NCBI GenBank assembly: GCA_023150835.1 | Contig: JAKLKB010000034.1 | Location: forward strand, 1-49,419 | Source: Myxococcota bacterium | GTDB lineage: Bacteria; Myxococcota_C; UBA6777 | Direction: 5' to 3' | DNA length: 49,419 bases | In this document: piece after piece, positions 28,727-39,522 of the stretch | Layout of the letters: every line of letters begins with the position of its first letter | Numbering within the stretch: position 1 is the stretch's first letter | Made by a program: the position numbers and the translations under genes | The notes under the pieces: generated by a model | The model's database searches: none | Seen by the model: only the letters and a program-made list of their open reading frames with translations | Told to the model about the DNA's origin: nothing

Positions 28727-31700
28727 TCAACCAAAGAGCTTCCGACGGAAACCGCCCATCCAAGGGGTTGTTTTGCGACGACGGCTTCCGGGCGGCCAAA
28801 CCGTGATCAAACGATGGAACAACGCAGCCCCACGTTCGGGCTGCATCGTATTGATCAGCCGCACGCCCCAATGTTGGCCGCCGATCTCACCGTTGGGTTG
28901 AAGCGTTGCTTTTGCCGCAAGCAACGATACTTCGAGGCGACTCTTTCCATCGAACGGCAGCCGAAGGCACGATTGATCGACGGCAGCCTCCAAACCCACC
29001 AACGCAGGCGGCAGATACACTTCCAAGATATCCCCCGCAACGGGGCCTTGGGGCAAAGAAACCACCATCGTCAAACGAGCGCCTTGATCGACTTCGTAGG
29101 CTTCCTCGCGCAAACCGCCTTGTACCACGAGGAGTTGTACTTCCCACGTCGCCTCGCGCAAAAACTCCTTGAGGGAGATCTCTACGGTACGTTGCGCCAC
29201 CAAAGAAGCCGCTCCTTTGAGGATCTTGAGCGTATCGACGACTTGATCGATCGGGATCTCGGTGCCGTCGCAGATCTGCTGATTGACCTCCAAAGCGCTC
29301 TCTTCGGCAGACGGCCACCAACGCGCCAGACTATCGAGAACGCTCAACAAAGCGGCGTTATCGCGCATCGAAGCAAAGGAAAAATCCGATTGAAGATCGC
29401 GTGTGAGAACATTCACGATCTGCAAGCCGCGCATCTGATGGGACTTTTCGCTACTTGCCAAAAGCAAAGCTCCTGCAAACGCCGTCTCGACGCGGTTCAA
29501 GATGCGTCCTTGCTCGTCTGCAAAGATCGCTGGCTGTTCCCCAAGACGCTTTTCGATCTCCCACAAGGCTTCTTGGCGGCGGATCGGAGAAGAATCGAGC
29601 GAAAAGACACGAAAAGCATCGCGACATCCGCGCATTCGATTCGGCAAGGCTTCCATCTGTAAGCTGCGCGCCGCCTTGTCCACAAGCGCCTGCACATCGT
29701 CTCGCCAAGGCCCTCCGCCACTCCACAACAGCGTTTCCCACAACAACAACACGGCTTCTTCAGCCAATGCCGGAATAATCGGGCCTTTGGGTTGCGACAA
29801 AAAGCCGCGTTCGGGCTGATAAAGCTGCCTCAACCGAGCAAAACTCTCCAACGCGGATTGTTGGGCTTTTTGCGCGACGCTCGCCTCTTCGGAGCGCAAC
29901 GCCAACCAAGCCGCAGCGCGCAAACGTGCGGCCTCTTCGGCGCACGTTCCCGAGGGTTGCGCAAGCATGACTTCGCACACTTGGTTGAGCATCCATCTCG
30001 GCCCAAGGAAAGGATAGACTTCTTGAATTCCTGCATCCCTTCGAGAAAAAGAAGCACCTTCAGGCATCCACAAGAGGCTTTTTCGGGTCGTTCGCTGTTG
30101 CGCCCAAGGCAAGATCTCGGCCTCGACAGTATCGAGGATATCACCGTTTGCGTCCGCAAGAGAAGCGCGATAGCGCCCGGGTTTTCCGACAAATTGCAGA
30201 GAATGAGACGGCCCTCGCAAGGTTGCAGCCCCTGCGATCTCACGCCCATCACGCCACAAAGAGGCTTCTTGATCGTCTCGCCACAGCGCAACATGCACCT
30301 CGGATTGATCGGTCATCACGACCAGATCGCACGCGATACTATCGTCGTGATGCGCCATCACAGGCACGCTGATCTCGACAAAACTCGGCATCTGCACATC
30401 CACGAGCCGATGCGCATAGCGCCAAGAAAGGCCGTCCAAACGCAAGGCTTCGATGCGATAGCGCGCTTGTGTATCGCCGACGGGGATCTCCAACAGGGCC
30501 TTCCCTTGGACGGGTACGAGTCCCGCGTACAACAACGATCCGAAATGCTCGGCACTTGGCTGAGGTGGCCGCCAGCCATCGGGAAAAGGCGCGGGTTCTT
30601 CCTCTTCTTCGTTGCTTTGCGCGCCTCGCTTTTGCCCAAGGACTTGCAACAACGCCTCTTCTTGCCAACCAAGGCGCATCCCCTGAAGAACTTCGGCCAG
30701 ACAACCCTTGAGACTTTCTGCCGGTCCCCACGGTGTTTGTTCTTCTTCTTCCTCGATCACGCGCAAAAACACGGGCACCAACGCATCTTCCGTCGTCTCG
30801 ATCTGGATACGTAAGGTCTCGTCGGGATGCAGCGCGTCGGGTGCTTGAAGACGCAAAGGACGCGGTTCTACCGCCACCATCGTCGCCCATCCTTCCCACG
30901 GCTTGCCCTCCAAAAATCCGCCCACGCACACGACTCCAAGCGGCGATGGGATCGACAACGTCACAGGATCGTCAGGATCGAGCGCCTCCCAAGTGTGGGT
31001 CGTTGCGCTCCCTCGGGCGGGATCAAGGATCACCACCATCACTTGTTCGAGCGGCTGCAAGACTTGCAGCATCACCTGATCGGTCGCCACCGATTCCAAC
31101 AAGATCGGGCTTTCCTCTTCTTCGGGTAGATAGGCCGATTCAAAACCAAGCCCGGGATCGGCCTCCCCACCATCCCAACGCCAGATCTGCATCATCCCCA
31201 ACGGATTGATCACAAACGGCTTTTCAGCCTCGCCCTCTTTGGGCTTGGACAACGACAAAAAGCACCGCCGCTCTGGCTCGGCGATCGATTGAAACTCCAA
31301 CGAAAACGGCCCGTCACCAAGCAACGGAAGCTCCCCCGCGACCCGCCCGCCTCCATCCGCACGAAAGATATTCCCTGTCATCGGCCTTGCGGGTTCCTGC
31401 CCTTCGTCGATCAAGTTCACGCCGACTTCGCCCTGAAACGGCGCGCCAAACGCCTCCAACTTTGCAACAAACACCAACAGCGTCCCTTTCTGCGTAGTGG
31501 GCTGCTTGTAATGTTGCACCAGCGTTCCAGTCAAAAGCTCCACCCGAGGCCGTGCCACCACAAATGTCGCACGCGGTCCTTCCGCCCCCAAACGTAGCTG
31601 ATACTCGCCTGCTGGGATCCCTTGTAACGCTGTCAGTCCGATCCCAAAAGCGTCGATGGATACGGGTTGTTCGCCGATCTTGCGTCCCGCCTCCAACAAA

Positions 31701-32104
31701 CGCAGCGTGATCTCTTTTCCTTGCGCCATCGGATCAAAGATCACCACGCGCACCGTATCCCGATGTTCGAGATAACGCGGTCGATCCGTCCACAACGAAG
31801 CAAGCCCCCGACGTGGGATCTGCCTTCGCTGCACGCGCACCCCCGGCAACGTCAGCGCCCCGTGACCCCACATCGAAAAGATCCGTGGCCCCACAGGCTG
31901 CTCGATCCCTGCCGCCCCTAGCACCGATGCGATCGTCGGTGATTCATCCCATCCTCCGCGCAAAAAAGCGAAGCTATGGCCCAAAACAAGGTCTTGTCCT
32001 AACTCTCCCACCAACGCCACCCCGCCCGCCATATAATGAAAAGAGGGCTGCTTTCGCGACCAAGCCTCATGATAGATCAAACCTTTTCCTTGCGTATGCG
32101 CCAT
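28727..32104 (-). CDS. Alpha-2-macroglobulin-like protein, no signal peptide, degenerate thioester
   Basis: WTDRPRY MG2-like motif, LEIPVGDTQARYRIEAL, PSGTCAEE, ILEVYLPPAL; alternative TTG start at 32146. Confidence 0.7.
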   Translation of the reverse strand: MAHTQGKGLIYHEAWSRKQPSFHYMAGGVALVGELGQDLVLGHSFAFLRGGWDESPTIASVLGAAGIEQPVGPRIFSMWGHGALTLPGVRVQRRQIPRRGLASLWTDRPRYLEHRDTVRVVIFDPMAQGKEITLRLLEAGRKIGEQPVSIDAFGIGLTALQGIPAGEYQLRLGAEGPRATFVVARPRVELLTGTLVQHYKQPTTQKGTLLVFVAKLEAFGAPFQGEVGVNLIDEGQEPARPMTGNIFRADGGGRVAGELPLLGDGPFSLEFQSIAEPERRCFLSLSKPKEGEAEKPFVINPLGMMQIWRWDGGEADPGLGFESAYLPEEEESPILLESVATDQVMLQVLQPLEQVMVVILDPARGSATTHTWEALDPDDPVTLSIPSPLGVVCVGGFLEGKPWEGWATMVAVEPRPLRLQAPDALHPDETLRIQIETTEDALVPVFLRVIEEEEEQTPWGPAESLKGCLAEVLQGMRLGWQEEALLQVLGQKRGAQSNEEEEEPAPFPDGWRPPQPSAEHFGSLLYAGLVPVQGKALLEIPVGDTQARYRIEALRLDGLSWRYAHRLVDVQMPSFVEISVPVMAHHDDSIACDLVVMTDQSEVHVALWRDDQEASLWRDGREIAGAATLRGPSHSLQFVGKPGRYRASLADANGDILDTVEAEILPWAQQRTTRKSLLWMPEGASFSRRDAGIQEVYPFLGPRWMLNQVCEVMLAQPSGTCAEEAARLRAAAWLALRSEEASVAQKAQQSALESFARLRQLYQPERGFLSQPKGPIIPALAEEAVLLLWETLLWSGGGPWRDDVQALVDKAARSLQMEALPNRMRGCRDAFRVFSLDSSPIRRQEALWEIEKRLGEQPAIFADEQGRILNRVETAFAGALLLASSEKSHQMRGLQIVNVLTRDLQSDFSFASMRDNAALLSVLDSLARWWPSAEESALEVNQQICDGTEIPIDQVVDTLKILKGAASLVAQRTVEISLKEFLREATWEVQLLVVQGGLREEAYEVDQGARLTMVVSLPQGPVAGDILEVYLPPALVGLEAAVDQSCLRLPFDGKSRLEVSLLAAKATLQPNGEIGGQHWGVRLINTMQPERGAALFHRLITVWPPGSRRRKTTPWMGGFRRKLFG

Positions 32105-32169
32105 CTCCGCAACTCCTCCACACCGTCCGCATCGTGTTGTGATCAAACTAGCCCATCACGCAACAAACT

Positions 32170-34314
32170 TCAAAGCCTGTTTTTTGGTGCCGCACGCTCC
32201 AACGGAACCAAGCGCTCTAACACATCGATCAACGTAGGCGAACGCTTCCAGCGCATTCGGCGCTTGACCGCTGGAACACCTCGTATCATCGATGTTTTTT
32301 GGGAGGCCCGCACCATCGACGTTTTTTGGGAGGCCCGCACCATCGACGTTTTTTGGGAGACCCGCACCATCGACGTTTTTTGGGAGGCCCGCACCATCGA
32401 CGTTTTTTGATAAGGCGGATACTGCCTCTTTTTTGCCTGATGGCGCTCACGCACCGCCTGTTCAACCTTGATCTCATCGGACGATCGGGGATTTGGCTTG
32501 TGATGCGTTGACAAACTCACCTTTCCAACAAAGCGCTCCGATCGCCGCTTTTCTTCAAAACGAATCATGGCGTCCCATCGTGTCCGAGCCTCTAACCACA
32601 CAGCGCGATCGAAAAACCTAGAACGCTCGAACGTTCGTCCTACAACATCGGAGGTTTCGGAATGTTGCGACGTCCTCCAAAGATCGCCGTGTTGTTGTTC
32701 GGTATGCTTTTTTAGCCAGCGCGGCATCACGAGCCAAACATCGCCTTGAGGGGACACCGTCGCTTTGTCACCCCCCACAAACCAAGGGCCTCTTGCTTCG
32801 ATCTCGCGCAACCATCGCCGCCAAAAAGCTCGACGAAGTCCCCGTATGATCGGCCCCAAAGAGGTCGTCCCCCGAGATTCCGAAAGGCTCGCCGAGTTGG
32901 TATGGTATGGCGTTTGAGCGGGGCCTTGAAGTGCAGCCTTCGACGGCGAGCGCGAGCGCATCACCCCCGAAGAAACCTTTGGTGCCGATGTTCTAGGCTT
33001 TGGCACAGGCGGCGTCCAGTTCGGTATCCAGATCGCCTCGTTGAGCAAAAGCACTTCCGGCTTTTTTGAGAGCCTCAACCATGCGTCCCAAAAATCAGGC
33101 GGTTCGAGATGTCGTTGTTCCAACCAAGGCGATGATTCTCCTACAATCACGGGCAAAAACATCACAGAGATTTCTTTCTTCCACAGGCGCTGTTGCATCC
33201 GCAAAAAGGCAGCGAGCCGCTGGTACTTTTGTAAAGCCGCTTTTCGCAACCAACGCTGCAATCGCTGTGTTACGATTCTCTTCGGATGCAGCGCCGACTC
33301 TTCTTGCCACGCTTCTGCTCGACCATCCGAAACAGCCTGATATCGGGCCAATCGAGCAGACAACCGCTCCATTCGCACAACGAACAACGCGATAACCCGC
33401 TTTGCTTGCTCGAACTCGGACATTCGTTCTGTTTTCGACAGCGAGCCAGCAGCAATCAAAAACATCGAAGCATCAGCATAATGGGATCGGGTGAGGGTTC
33501 GGTGAACTAAGTATGCTCGCTCTTTTTCACGTTGCATCCGCTCTTTTTCACGTTGCATCCGCTCTTTTTCACGTTGCATCCGCTCTTTTTCGCTCTGCTG
33601 AGCAAGGAGTGCGGTGTTGTGTTGGGGAGGTAGATGTGTTGGGGTTGGCAGTTTGTCACGGAGCATCGGCGATTTTAGTGTACTGTGTGAGATGCCGTGG
33701 GCTCCCTCAGAAAACAGCGTATCTCCTCGCTGCCTCTGGTAAAGAGCCAACCAAGGCAAGGTACGCATCGCGGGTGGATCGATGCGCAAGATCCACCCGC
33801 TTTGTCGTGAGGTTCGGATCTGGTAACGCACCACACTGCGGAATTGAAAGATCCACCGCACCATCCGCTGCCGTCCAGCACGATAAGCAAGCCGTCGGAA
33901 ACCGAGCATCCACCTAGGCCACACCTTTGGCCAAAGCTCTCCCGTAGTGACCGCTGCAACAGGCATCTCCAACACCAATCGTTCGGGTCGAACCAACGAA
34001 TACACCACCAGATTCGATTTTTCTTGCAAAGGCAGCACACACTCCCATGCCCGCTCCTGTGCGTGGGCGCTGCCCACTCCAACCACACCCCAGAACAAAC
34101 AACACCACCCCGTACTCTTTTTTTTCCACAGCTTCGCCCAAAGCCATGCGATCGCCACGCCCATCCACCTACAACATCCGACAAAAAACCACCCCCTCAA
34201 CCAGACCTCCCCACATCGCCTTTGCATTTTATCGCGTCCTTGTGCTGTCGTACGCATACAGAATGTGCAGGCTCTCAAAATAAATTTGCTCAAAGGCTTG
34301 AAACATCCGAACAA
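32170..34314 (-). CDS. Hypothetical protein with an AMIN-like N-terminal domain and internal repeats
   Basis: YSLVRPERLVLEMP after the signal-like GSAHA; true start is probably downstream of 34314. Confidence 0.55.
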   Translation of the reverse strand: MFGCFKPLSKFILRACTFCMRTTAQGRDKMQRRCGEVWLRGWFFVGCCRWMGVAIAWLWAKLWKKKSTGWCCLFWGVVGVGSAHAQERAWECVLPLQEKSNLVVYSLVRPERLVLEMPVAAVTTGELWPKVWPRWMLGFRRLAYRAGRQRMVRWIFQFRSVVRYQIRTSRQSGWILRIDPPAMRTLPWLALYQRQRGDTLFSEGAHGISHSTLKSPMLRDKLPTPTHLPPQHNTALLAQQSEKERMQREKERMQREKERMQREKERAYLVHRTLTRSHYADASMFLIAAGSLSKTERMSEFEQAKRVIALFVVRMERLSARLARYQAVSDGRAEAWQEESALHPKRIVTQRLQRWLRKAALQKYQRLAAFLRMQQRLWKKEISVMFLPVIVGESSPWLEQRHLEPPDFWDAWLRLSKKPEVLLLNEAIWIPNWTPPVPKPRTSAPKVSSGVMRSRSPSKAALQGPAQTPYHTNSASLSESRGTTSLGPIIRGLRRAFWRRWLREIEARGPWFVGGDKATVSPQGDVWLVMPRWLKKHTEQQHGDLWRTSQHSETSDVVGRTFERSRFFDRAVWLEARTRWDAMIRFEEKRRSERFVGKVSLSTHHKPNPRSSDEIKVEQAVRERHQAKKRQYPPYQKTSMVRASQKTSMVRVSQKTSMVRASQKTSMVRASQKTSMIRGVPAVKRRMRWKRSPTLIDVLERLVPLERAAPKNRL
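32287..32408. repeat. 27-bp coding tandem repeat, 4.5 units (QKTSMVRAS)
   Basis: catcgacgttttttgggaggcccgcac. Confidence 0.9.
33519..33592. repeat. 21-bp coding tandem repeat, 3.5 units (EKERMQR)
   Basis: gctctttttcacgttgcatcc. Confidence 0.9.
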
Positions 34315-34331
34315 ACAGCCGAACGATCCGG

Positions 34332-34784
34332 TTACTGATACAGTTTATCAAGCGTCAGATCCACAGGCACACGAAACCCTTGGAGGTTGAGCGGCTGACT
34401 GTAAAAACCATAATGATCGCCGTTGGTGGGTAGATCTCCCCCTGAGTCGTCTTGATCGAGGTAAGCAAACAGATAGACCACCCCTCGCAAACTGCCTGTC
34501 TTGAGATCGTACAAATAGGGAGGCGTGCTCAACCCCGTCACTTGGACCTTTGCAAGAGGCTTTGCCGTCTCTTTGGGTCTTCCCAAACTCACGTTAAAAT
34601 CTGCGCTCGCAAACACGGAAACAACGATATAACGAGCTTTTCCAGACGGAAAGATCTCATTGCCCAAAGCGATCTTTCCGTTGATTCCGGGATCATCGTT
34701 TTGGTAGCCAAACCGACCACAAGACGCCACAACCATCGCCAAAAACACCCATACACTCGAACGAATCACACAACGCCAAACCAT
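34332..34784 (-). CDS. Lipoprotein with a Dx[DN]xDG-like Ca-binding loop
   Basis: Lipobox VAS-C; FAYLDQDDSG..GDHYG. Confidence 0.8.
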   Translation of the reverse strand: MVWRCVIRSSVWVFLAMVVASCGRFGYQNDDPGINGKIALGNEIFPSGKARYIVVSVFASADFNVSLGRPKETAKPLAKVQVTGLSTPPYLYDLKTGSLRGVVYLFAYLDQDDSGGDLPTNGDHYGFYSQPLNLQGFRVPVDLTLDKLYQ

Positions 34785-34909
34785 GTCGATGCCTCCACCA
34801 CAAATCCGCCCAAAAAAGCAAGCCGCTCGAAGCCTGCACAAAAGACCTTCAACGCGCCACTCTAACCAAGCGACCACCCCACGCAAGATGCGCGAATCTT
34901 CGGCCTAAG

Positions 34910-35686
34910 TCAAAGTTCTTTCGATTCTTTTGCCACAGCAAGCAGCGTTTTTTGTGCTTTCTCATCAAACGAAAGAGCCGCTCCTTCGGATGCTTTGACG
35001 GAACTCTCGATAGCCGAGCGCTTGGGATCGATCAAGGCGGATTCTGTTGTGGCCTCAAAAGAAGCGGCTTTTTTTCCTAGATTTCCCGAGATATTTGGCG
35101 TCTGCTCTTTGGCTTCTTGCGATGAGATCGGGGCCTCCGCTTGATCGGTCTGTGATGTCCCAGATGTGGGTTCTTTGCGATCCACACGGAGACGTTCAAT
35201 ATCGGGTTCGAGGCGCTGCCCCTCGCCTTGCGAACGAAAGCGAACCTTCATCTCGATCTCTAACGTGGTCCCGTCCATCGCCTTGCGAAGCTCTTTCCAT
35301 AGGTCCAATTGGCCCAAAAATCCTCGCAATTCGTGTGCGATGGCTTTGGATGTTTCGGTCTTCAAACGATCAGCTTGGGCCAACATCGCACGCGCCATCT
35401 CGCGTGCAACTTCGCGGGGGATCTTCGCCAGTTCTCGTGCAACTTCCCGAGATATCCACCCTCGACCGCTATCCTCGCGGCTTCCGCTTTCCCGATTCCC
35501 GCCTTCTTGCTGGCCGGCATCACGTGGGGGGTTCGTCTCACGCGTGCCGAACAACGAGCGTTTCACGAATTCAGGAACGTAAGCCTCCCAACCCTCCGAT
35601 GCACGCGGGTCCTGCCCATCTTCACGCTCATCGGGTTCGGCCTCGTTACGCCAACCTTCAGGATCCCAGTTGTCTTTTTTTGCCAT
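34910..35686 (-). CDS. Helical hypothetical protein of a type I recall from myxobacteria
   Basis: KIPREVA..QADRLK..ELRGFL..LEIEMKVRF core. Confidence 0.75.
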   Translation of the reverse strand: MAKKDNWDPEGWRNEAEPDEREDGQDPRASEGWEAYVPEFVKRSLFGTRETNPPRDAGQQEGGNRESGSREDSGRGWISREVARELAKIPREVAREMARAMLAQADRLKTETSKAIAHELRGFLGQLDLWKELRKAMDGTTLEIEMKVRFRSQGEGQRLEPDIERLRVDRKEPTSGTSQTDQAEAPISSQEAKEQTPNISGNLGKKAASFEATTESALIDPKRSAIESSVKASEGAALSFDEKAQKTLLAVAKESKEL

Positions 35687-35731
35687 CCCTTCGCTCCCAT
35701 CGACTGTTGCGGGCTGTCCATCTCGCGTTGT

Positions 35732-36220
35732 TCACAAATTCGTACGCAAGATCACCCAAGGATTGTTCGATCGGTTTCCGTTTGCGTCGGTCATCAACAA
35801 CGTGAACTTGATCCGCGAAGGAAAACGATCCGCCTCCACACGAATACCCACCTTGCTCATCACGCCTTCAAGTGACCCTACCGTCACATCAATCGGACGA
35901 ATCGGCAACTTCACTTCTTTTGGAACTTCTTTCGCATCCAGATCCTGTAGCGTAAACAACAAGGAGCCGTTGGTCGGAACCCCCTCCTTGGGGAAAACAA
36001 TCAGATCGCCTTGGTTGTCTAGCCAACTGATCTCAAAATAAAAGATCTGTGGATCTTGCGGATCTTGGCCTGTAAAACGGAACTGCCGAATAAACGGGGA
36101 TTCACCACTCGGCCCCCCGCCACACGCCCCTAACCCGAACCCACCCAACACAACCCCCCCCCAACACATCGCCCAACAAAACATTCTACACCAACGACCC
36201 ATCTTTGCTTGCTTTGCCAT
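35732..36220 (-). CDS. Lipoprotein, beta-sandwich-like
   Basis: Lipobox LGA-C; LMTDANGNRSN; RBS ggagg. Confidence 0.8.
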   Translation of the reverse strand: MAKQAKMGRWCRMFCWAMCWGGVVLGGFGLGACGGGPSGESPFIRQFRFTGQDPQDPQIFYFEISWLDNQGDLIVFPKEGVPTNGSLLFTLQDLDAKEVPKEVKLPIRPIDVTVGSLEGVMSKVGIRVEADRFPSRIKFTLLMTDANGNRSNNPWVILRTNL

Positions 36221-36454
36221 CCAACACCTCCAACACGCACGCCGTTCCAAAAGATCTTTCTTTGGCGGATGTGATAAACCTAGGCTTCCCCCGAAAGATA
36301 ACATGTCTGGCGTGCAAGAAAACACCCTGCCCCAAATCCATGCTTTGCGCCGCACTTTTTGCCACACACCAGACGTTCTCCGCCGCCGATGACACGAAAT
36401 CGGCCCACATCCAACATCACCGTTGAGGGCTATCCAAAGGAGAGAGTTGCGCTT

Positions 36455-36470
36455 TGGCGTGGGCGGTGCT
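36455..36470 (+). promoter_or_regulatory. Putative sigma54 promoter
   Basis: TGGCGTGGGCGGTGCT = GG-N10-GC, about 60 bp upstream of ATG 36532. Confidence 0.5.
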
Positions 36471-36531
36471 ATATGTTGTGTTTGATTTGCTAAGCCCTGT
36501 ATGGATTCTGCAATCGAAAGGATCGAGTCCG

Positions 36532-37122
36532 ATGCAAAAAAAAATATTACATCCCCATCTCCACTTCCTGCGGTGGATCGCCTTGTTGGCGTTTTGTGTG
36601 TTTGGAGTCACGACTTCTGTCTCCGCACAAAACACAGACAATACAAGCGAGGATATCTCAAAACTCAGCTTCCAAGACATGAAACGCAAAAGCAGAAGGA
36701 TGATCCGCAACATGGAACGCATCCACCAATGGATCGTCATGGAACGTGAAAAAGCCAAAAAAGAAAACGACGTCGCGGCTTACGATTGTCTTGGAGAACA
36801 CCTGACCGTCGTCAAAACCCTCCTCGGTATCGCAGAAGCCGCTCAGCGCGACCTCAACGAGATCCTGCAAAGCAAAAGCATCAGCGAAGACGAAAAACGT
36901 TCCTCTGCTGTACGCGAATACACCCGCATTGCTCAAGCCGACGCACAAGCCCGTGAACGCGAGATCCAAGCCAAACTTTGCTCCGGAAAAGCAGGCTCCT
37001 ACACAGGAACCACACAAGTTTTCGTTGAAAAACCCAAAGAAGACATCACGCTCGATCCAACCCTCCCCCCTTGGTCTCCCACCATCTATCAACGCCGCGT
37101 GGATGCGAGCACCTACTATTAA
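36532..37122 (+). CDS. Exported helical protein with two Cys, upstream of wzc
   Basis: Signal peptide ending VSA-Q; DVAAYDCL..AKLCSG. Confidence 0.8.
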   Translation: MQKKILHPHLHFLRWIALLAFCVFGVTTSVSAQNTDNTSEDISKLSFQDMKRKSRRMIRNMERIHQWIVMEREKAKKENDVAAYDCLGEHLTVVKTLLGIAEAAQRDLNEILQSKSISEDEKRSSAVREYTRIAQADAQAREREIQAKLCSGKAGSYTGTTQVFVEKPKEDITLDPTLPPWSPTIYQRRVDASTYY

Positions 37123-37236
37123 ACCACTTCCCTCCCCTCCCTTTCCTCCGACCCAGACCAATCGGACGCCAAACCATCAAACAAACGATTCGCCCCCCTA
37201 TATCAAAACTTCCGTACGCACAAAGGCTTTGATGAG

Positions 37237-39522
37237 ATGACACAGCCCAATCAGCGCAATGGCTCCGTGCCACCGCTCGAATCGCAACTTCACAAACTGC
37301 GCAAACGCCTTGCTCGCCCACGCGCCGATATCCCCGAAACGCCGCGCGAGGGCACCTCCACCAAAGCCGATGACGCCTCCTTCACTATTTGGATGCTGTT
37401 TGCCACGTTGCGACGGCGCTTTCCACTCGCCGCGTTTTTTGCGGTTCTCTGCGCTGTGGCGGCCTATTACTGGACCCAAAAACAACCGAAACACTACCGA
37501 ACCACCGCAACCGTCGAAGTCGTCGCCATCTCCCCAAAAGTCTTTACCAACATCCGCGAAGTGGTGAACTATACCTTTCAAATGCGCCTGTTCTACAACA
37601 CACAAGTCGAAATCCTGCGCAGCCTCCCCATCTACCAAAAAGCCATCAACCTCCATCCAACCTTGCTCGAAGATCCCGGATTCTTCGGACTCGATCGAAT
37701 CTCAAACAAGGCAACACAAAGAGAGAGCATGGCTCGTATGCGTTCCCATGCGGCCTCGATCCTCCAATCCAAAACCACCATCCAACTCATTCGACGCAGC
37801 AGCCTCTTACGCATTTCTGTCGCGGATACCGACCCCATGCGCGCCCAAGAACTCGCAAGCGCCATCGTGAAAGCCTACCAAGAACACAACCGCCTGTTCC
37901 GACTACGCGCAACCCTCGATGCTTATAGCGAAATCAAACTCCGCCTCGATGAGTACCAAACCCGAAACAAAACCCTCCAACAGCAGATCATGGACTTTCG
38001 CAACAAGCACAACATCCTTTCCTCCTCTCTCAACGACCGCCGTAACCTTGTGTTTAAGGAACTCGAAGAACTCAACCAACGCACGCTCCAAGTCATGTTC
38101 AAACGCATCTCTCACGAATCCATGCTCGGACCTTACCTCAAACACAAACCCATCAACCAACCCCACCAAGTCCATTTCCCACCCCTACTCCAAAACGGAC
38201 TCTTCCAAAAACTCCTCGACAACTACAACGAAGTCACTCTAAAACAAAACGAAGCCCGCGCACGTTACCGACCCAAGCACCCCGAGATGCAAAAACTCGA
38301 TCGACACGCACAATACCTCCACGAAACGCTTGTTCAACAAATCCAACAGGTTCTCAGCACCTACCGCTCGCAGTATCTCGCCCTTGTACGCGAAGAGTCC
38401 TTCTTAAGAAAAAAAACCAACATCGCCAAGCAACGACTACAGGCGCTTGATCGCCTCAACCTCAACCTCGATGACCTTCGCACCCAACAAACCGCTCTCA
38501 ACGACTCCTTACGATTCCTCAACAAACGCTACTTCGAACTTCAACTCCTCAAGGATTCTACCACTTCCAACGTCCACCTCATCGAACCCCCTCCACAACC
38601 CAATGCCCCTTTTTCTCCTCGCGTTCTTCGTGCAACGATCATCTCTGGAGTCTTTAGCTTTCTCGCCCTTTTTGGCCTGTTCTTTTTGATCGAATTACTC
38701 GACCGCTCGGTTCGCTCACTCGGAGATATCGAAGAAAAAACAGGTCTCACCCCCATCGGAGAAATCCCCCTGCTCTCCAATAAAAAACCCAAACAAAAAA
38801 ACAAAAAAGAACCACTTTACAACCCCGATCAACCCACTTCCGCGCTCGAAGAAGCGATCCGCTCCGCTCGAACCAACATCCTCTTCATGGCTCCCGATCA
38901 ACGCAAGATACGCCTGCTCTTCACAAGCCCCTCGCCCCGAGAAGGTAAAACGTTCGTCGCCACCAACACAGCAATCAGCATCGCTCACGCAGGCAAACGC
39001 ACCATCCTGATCGACACCGATATGCGCCGCCCACGGGTACACAAAATCCTTGAAGTCGACTATGACCGCAGCAAGGGCGTCTCCTCTGTCATCATCGGCC
39101 AACACTCACTCCAAGAAGCAATGTTCCAGTCCGATTACCCGAACCTCTGGATACTCCCTTGTGGACCCATCCCACCAAGCCCCACCGAATTGCTCCAAAC
39201 CGAAGGCTTTCACAAGCTGTTTCGCGAACTCGAAGACAGCTTCGATGCGATCATCTTTGATACCCCACCCATCCTCAGCGTCACCGATGCCGCTGTGCTT
39301 TCTGCTTACGTCGATGGCTGCGTCTTGATATCAAGCAGCGGCTCAACCACATGGAGCGCTTTACGCGCAGCGCGCCAGAAACTCGAATCTGTCGGAGGAC
39401 GCATTCTCGGCTGTATCCTCAACAAACTCTCTGATCGCGATCGCACCTATGCCTATCAACGCGGCTACTATTACGGAAATTATCGCTATAATTACTACGG
39501 CGAATCCTCCAAAGAATCCTGA
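37237..39522 (+). CDS. wzc: Polysaccharide co-polymerase / tyrosine autokinase
   Basis: Two TMs around a coiled coil, TSPSPREGKT, IDTDMRRP, FDTPP, C-terminal Tyr cluster. Confidence 0.93.
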   Translation: MTQPNQRNGSVPPLESQLHKLRKRLARPRADIPETPREGTSTKADDASFTIWMLFATLRRRFPLAAFFAVLCAVAAYYWTQKQPKHYRTTATVEVVAISPKVFTNIREVVNYTFQMRLFYNTQVEILRSLPIYQKAINLHPTLLEDPGFFGLDRISNKATQRESMARMRSHAASILQSKTTIQLIRRSSLLRISVADTDPMRAQELASAIVKAYQEHNRLFRLRATLDAYSEIKLRLDEYQTRNKTLQQQIMDFRNKHNILSSSLNDRRNLVFKELEELNQRTLQVMFKRISHESMLGPYLKHKPINQPHQVHFPPLLQNGLFQKLLDNYNEVTLKQNEARARYRPKHPEMQKLDRHAQYLHETLVQQIQQVLSTYRSQYLALVREESFLRKKTNIAKQRLQALDRLNLNLDDLRTQQTALNDSLRFLNKRYFELQLLKDSTTSNVHLIEPPPQPNAPFSPRVLRATIISGVFSFLALFGLFFLIELLDRSVRSLGDIEEKTGLTPIGEIPLLSNKKPKQKNKKEPLYNPDQPTSALEEAIRSARTNILFMAPDQRKIRLLFTSPSPREGKTFVATNTAISIAHAGKRTILIDTDMRRPRVHKILEVDYDRSKGVSSVIIGQHSLQEAMFQSDYPNLWILPCGPIPPSPTELLQTEGFHKLFRELEDSFDAIIFDTPPILSVTDAAVLSAYVDGCVLISSSGSTTWSALRAARQKLESVGGRILGCILNKLSDRDRTYAYQRGYYYGNYRYNYYGESSKES

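Noticed and set aside
28373-30814. Plus-strand ORFs 28373-29662 and 29792-30814
   Set aside because: Antisense to the A2M-like gene, with no motifs
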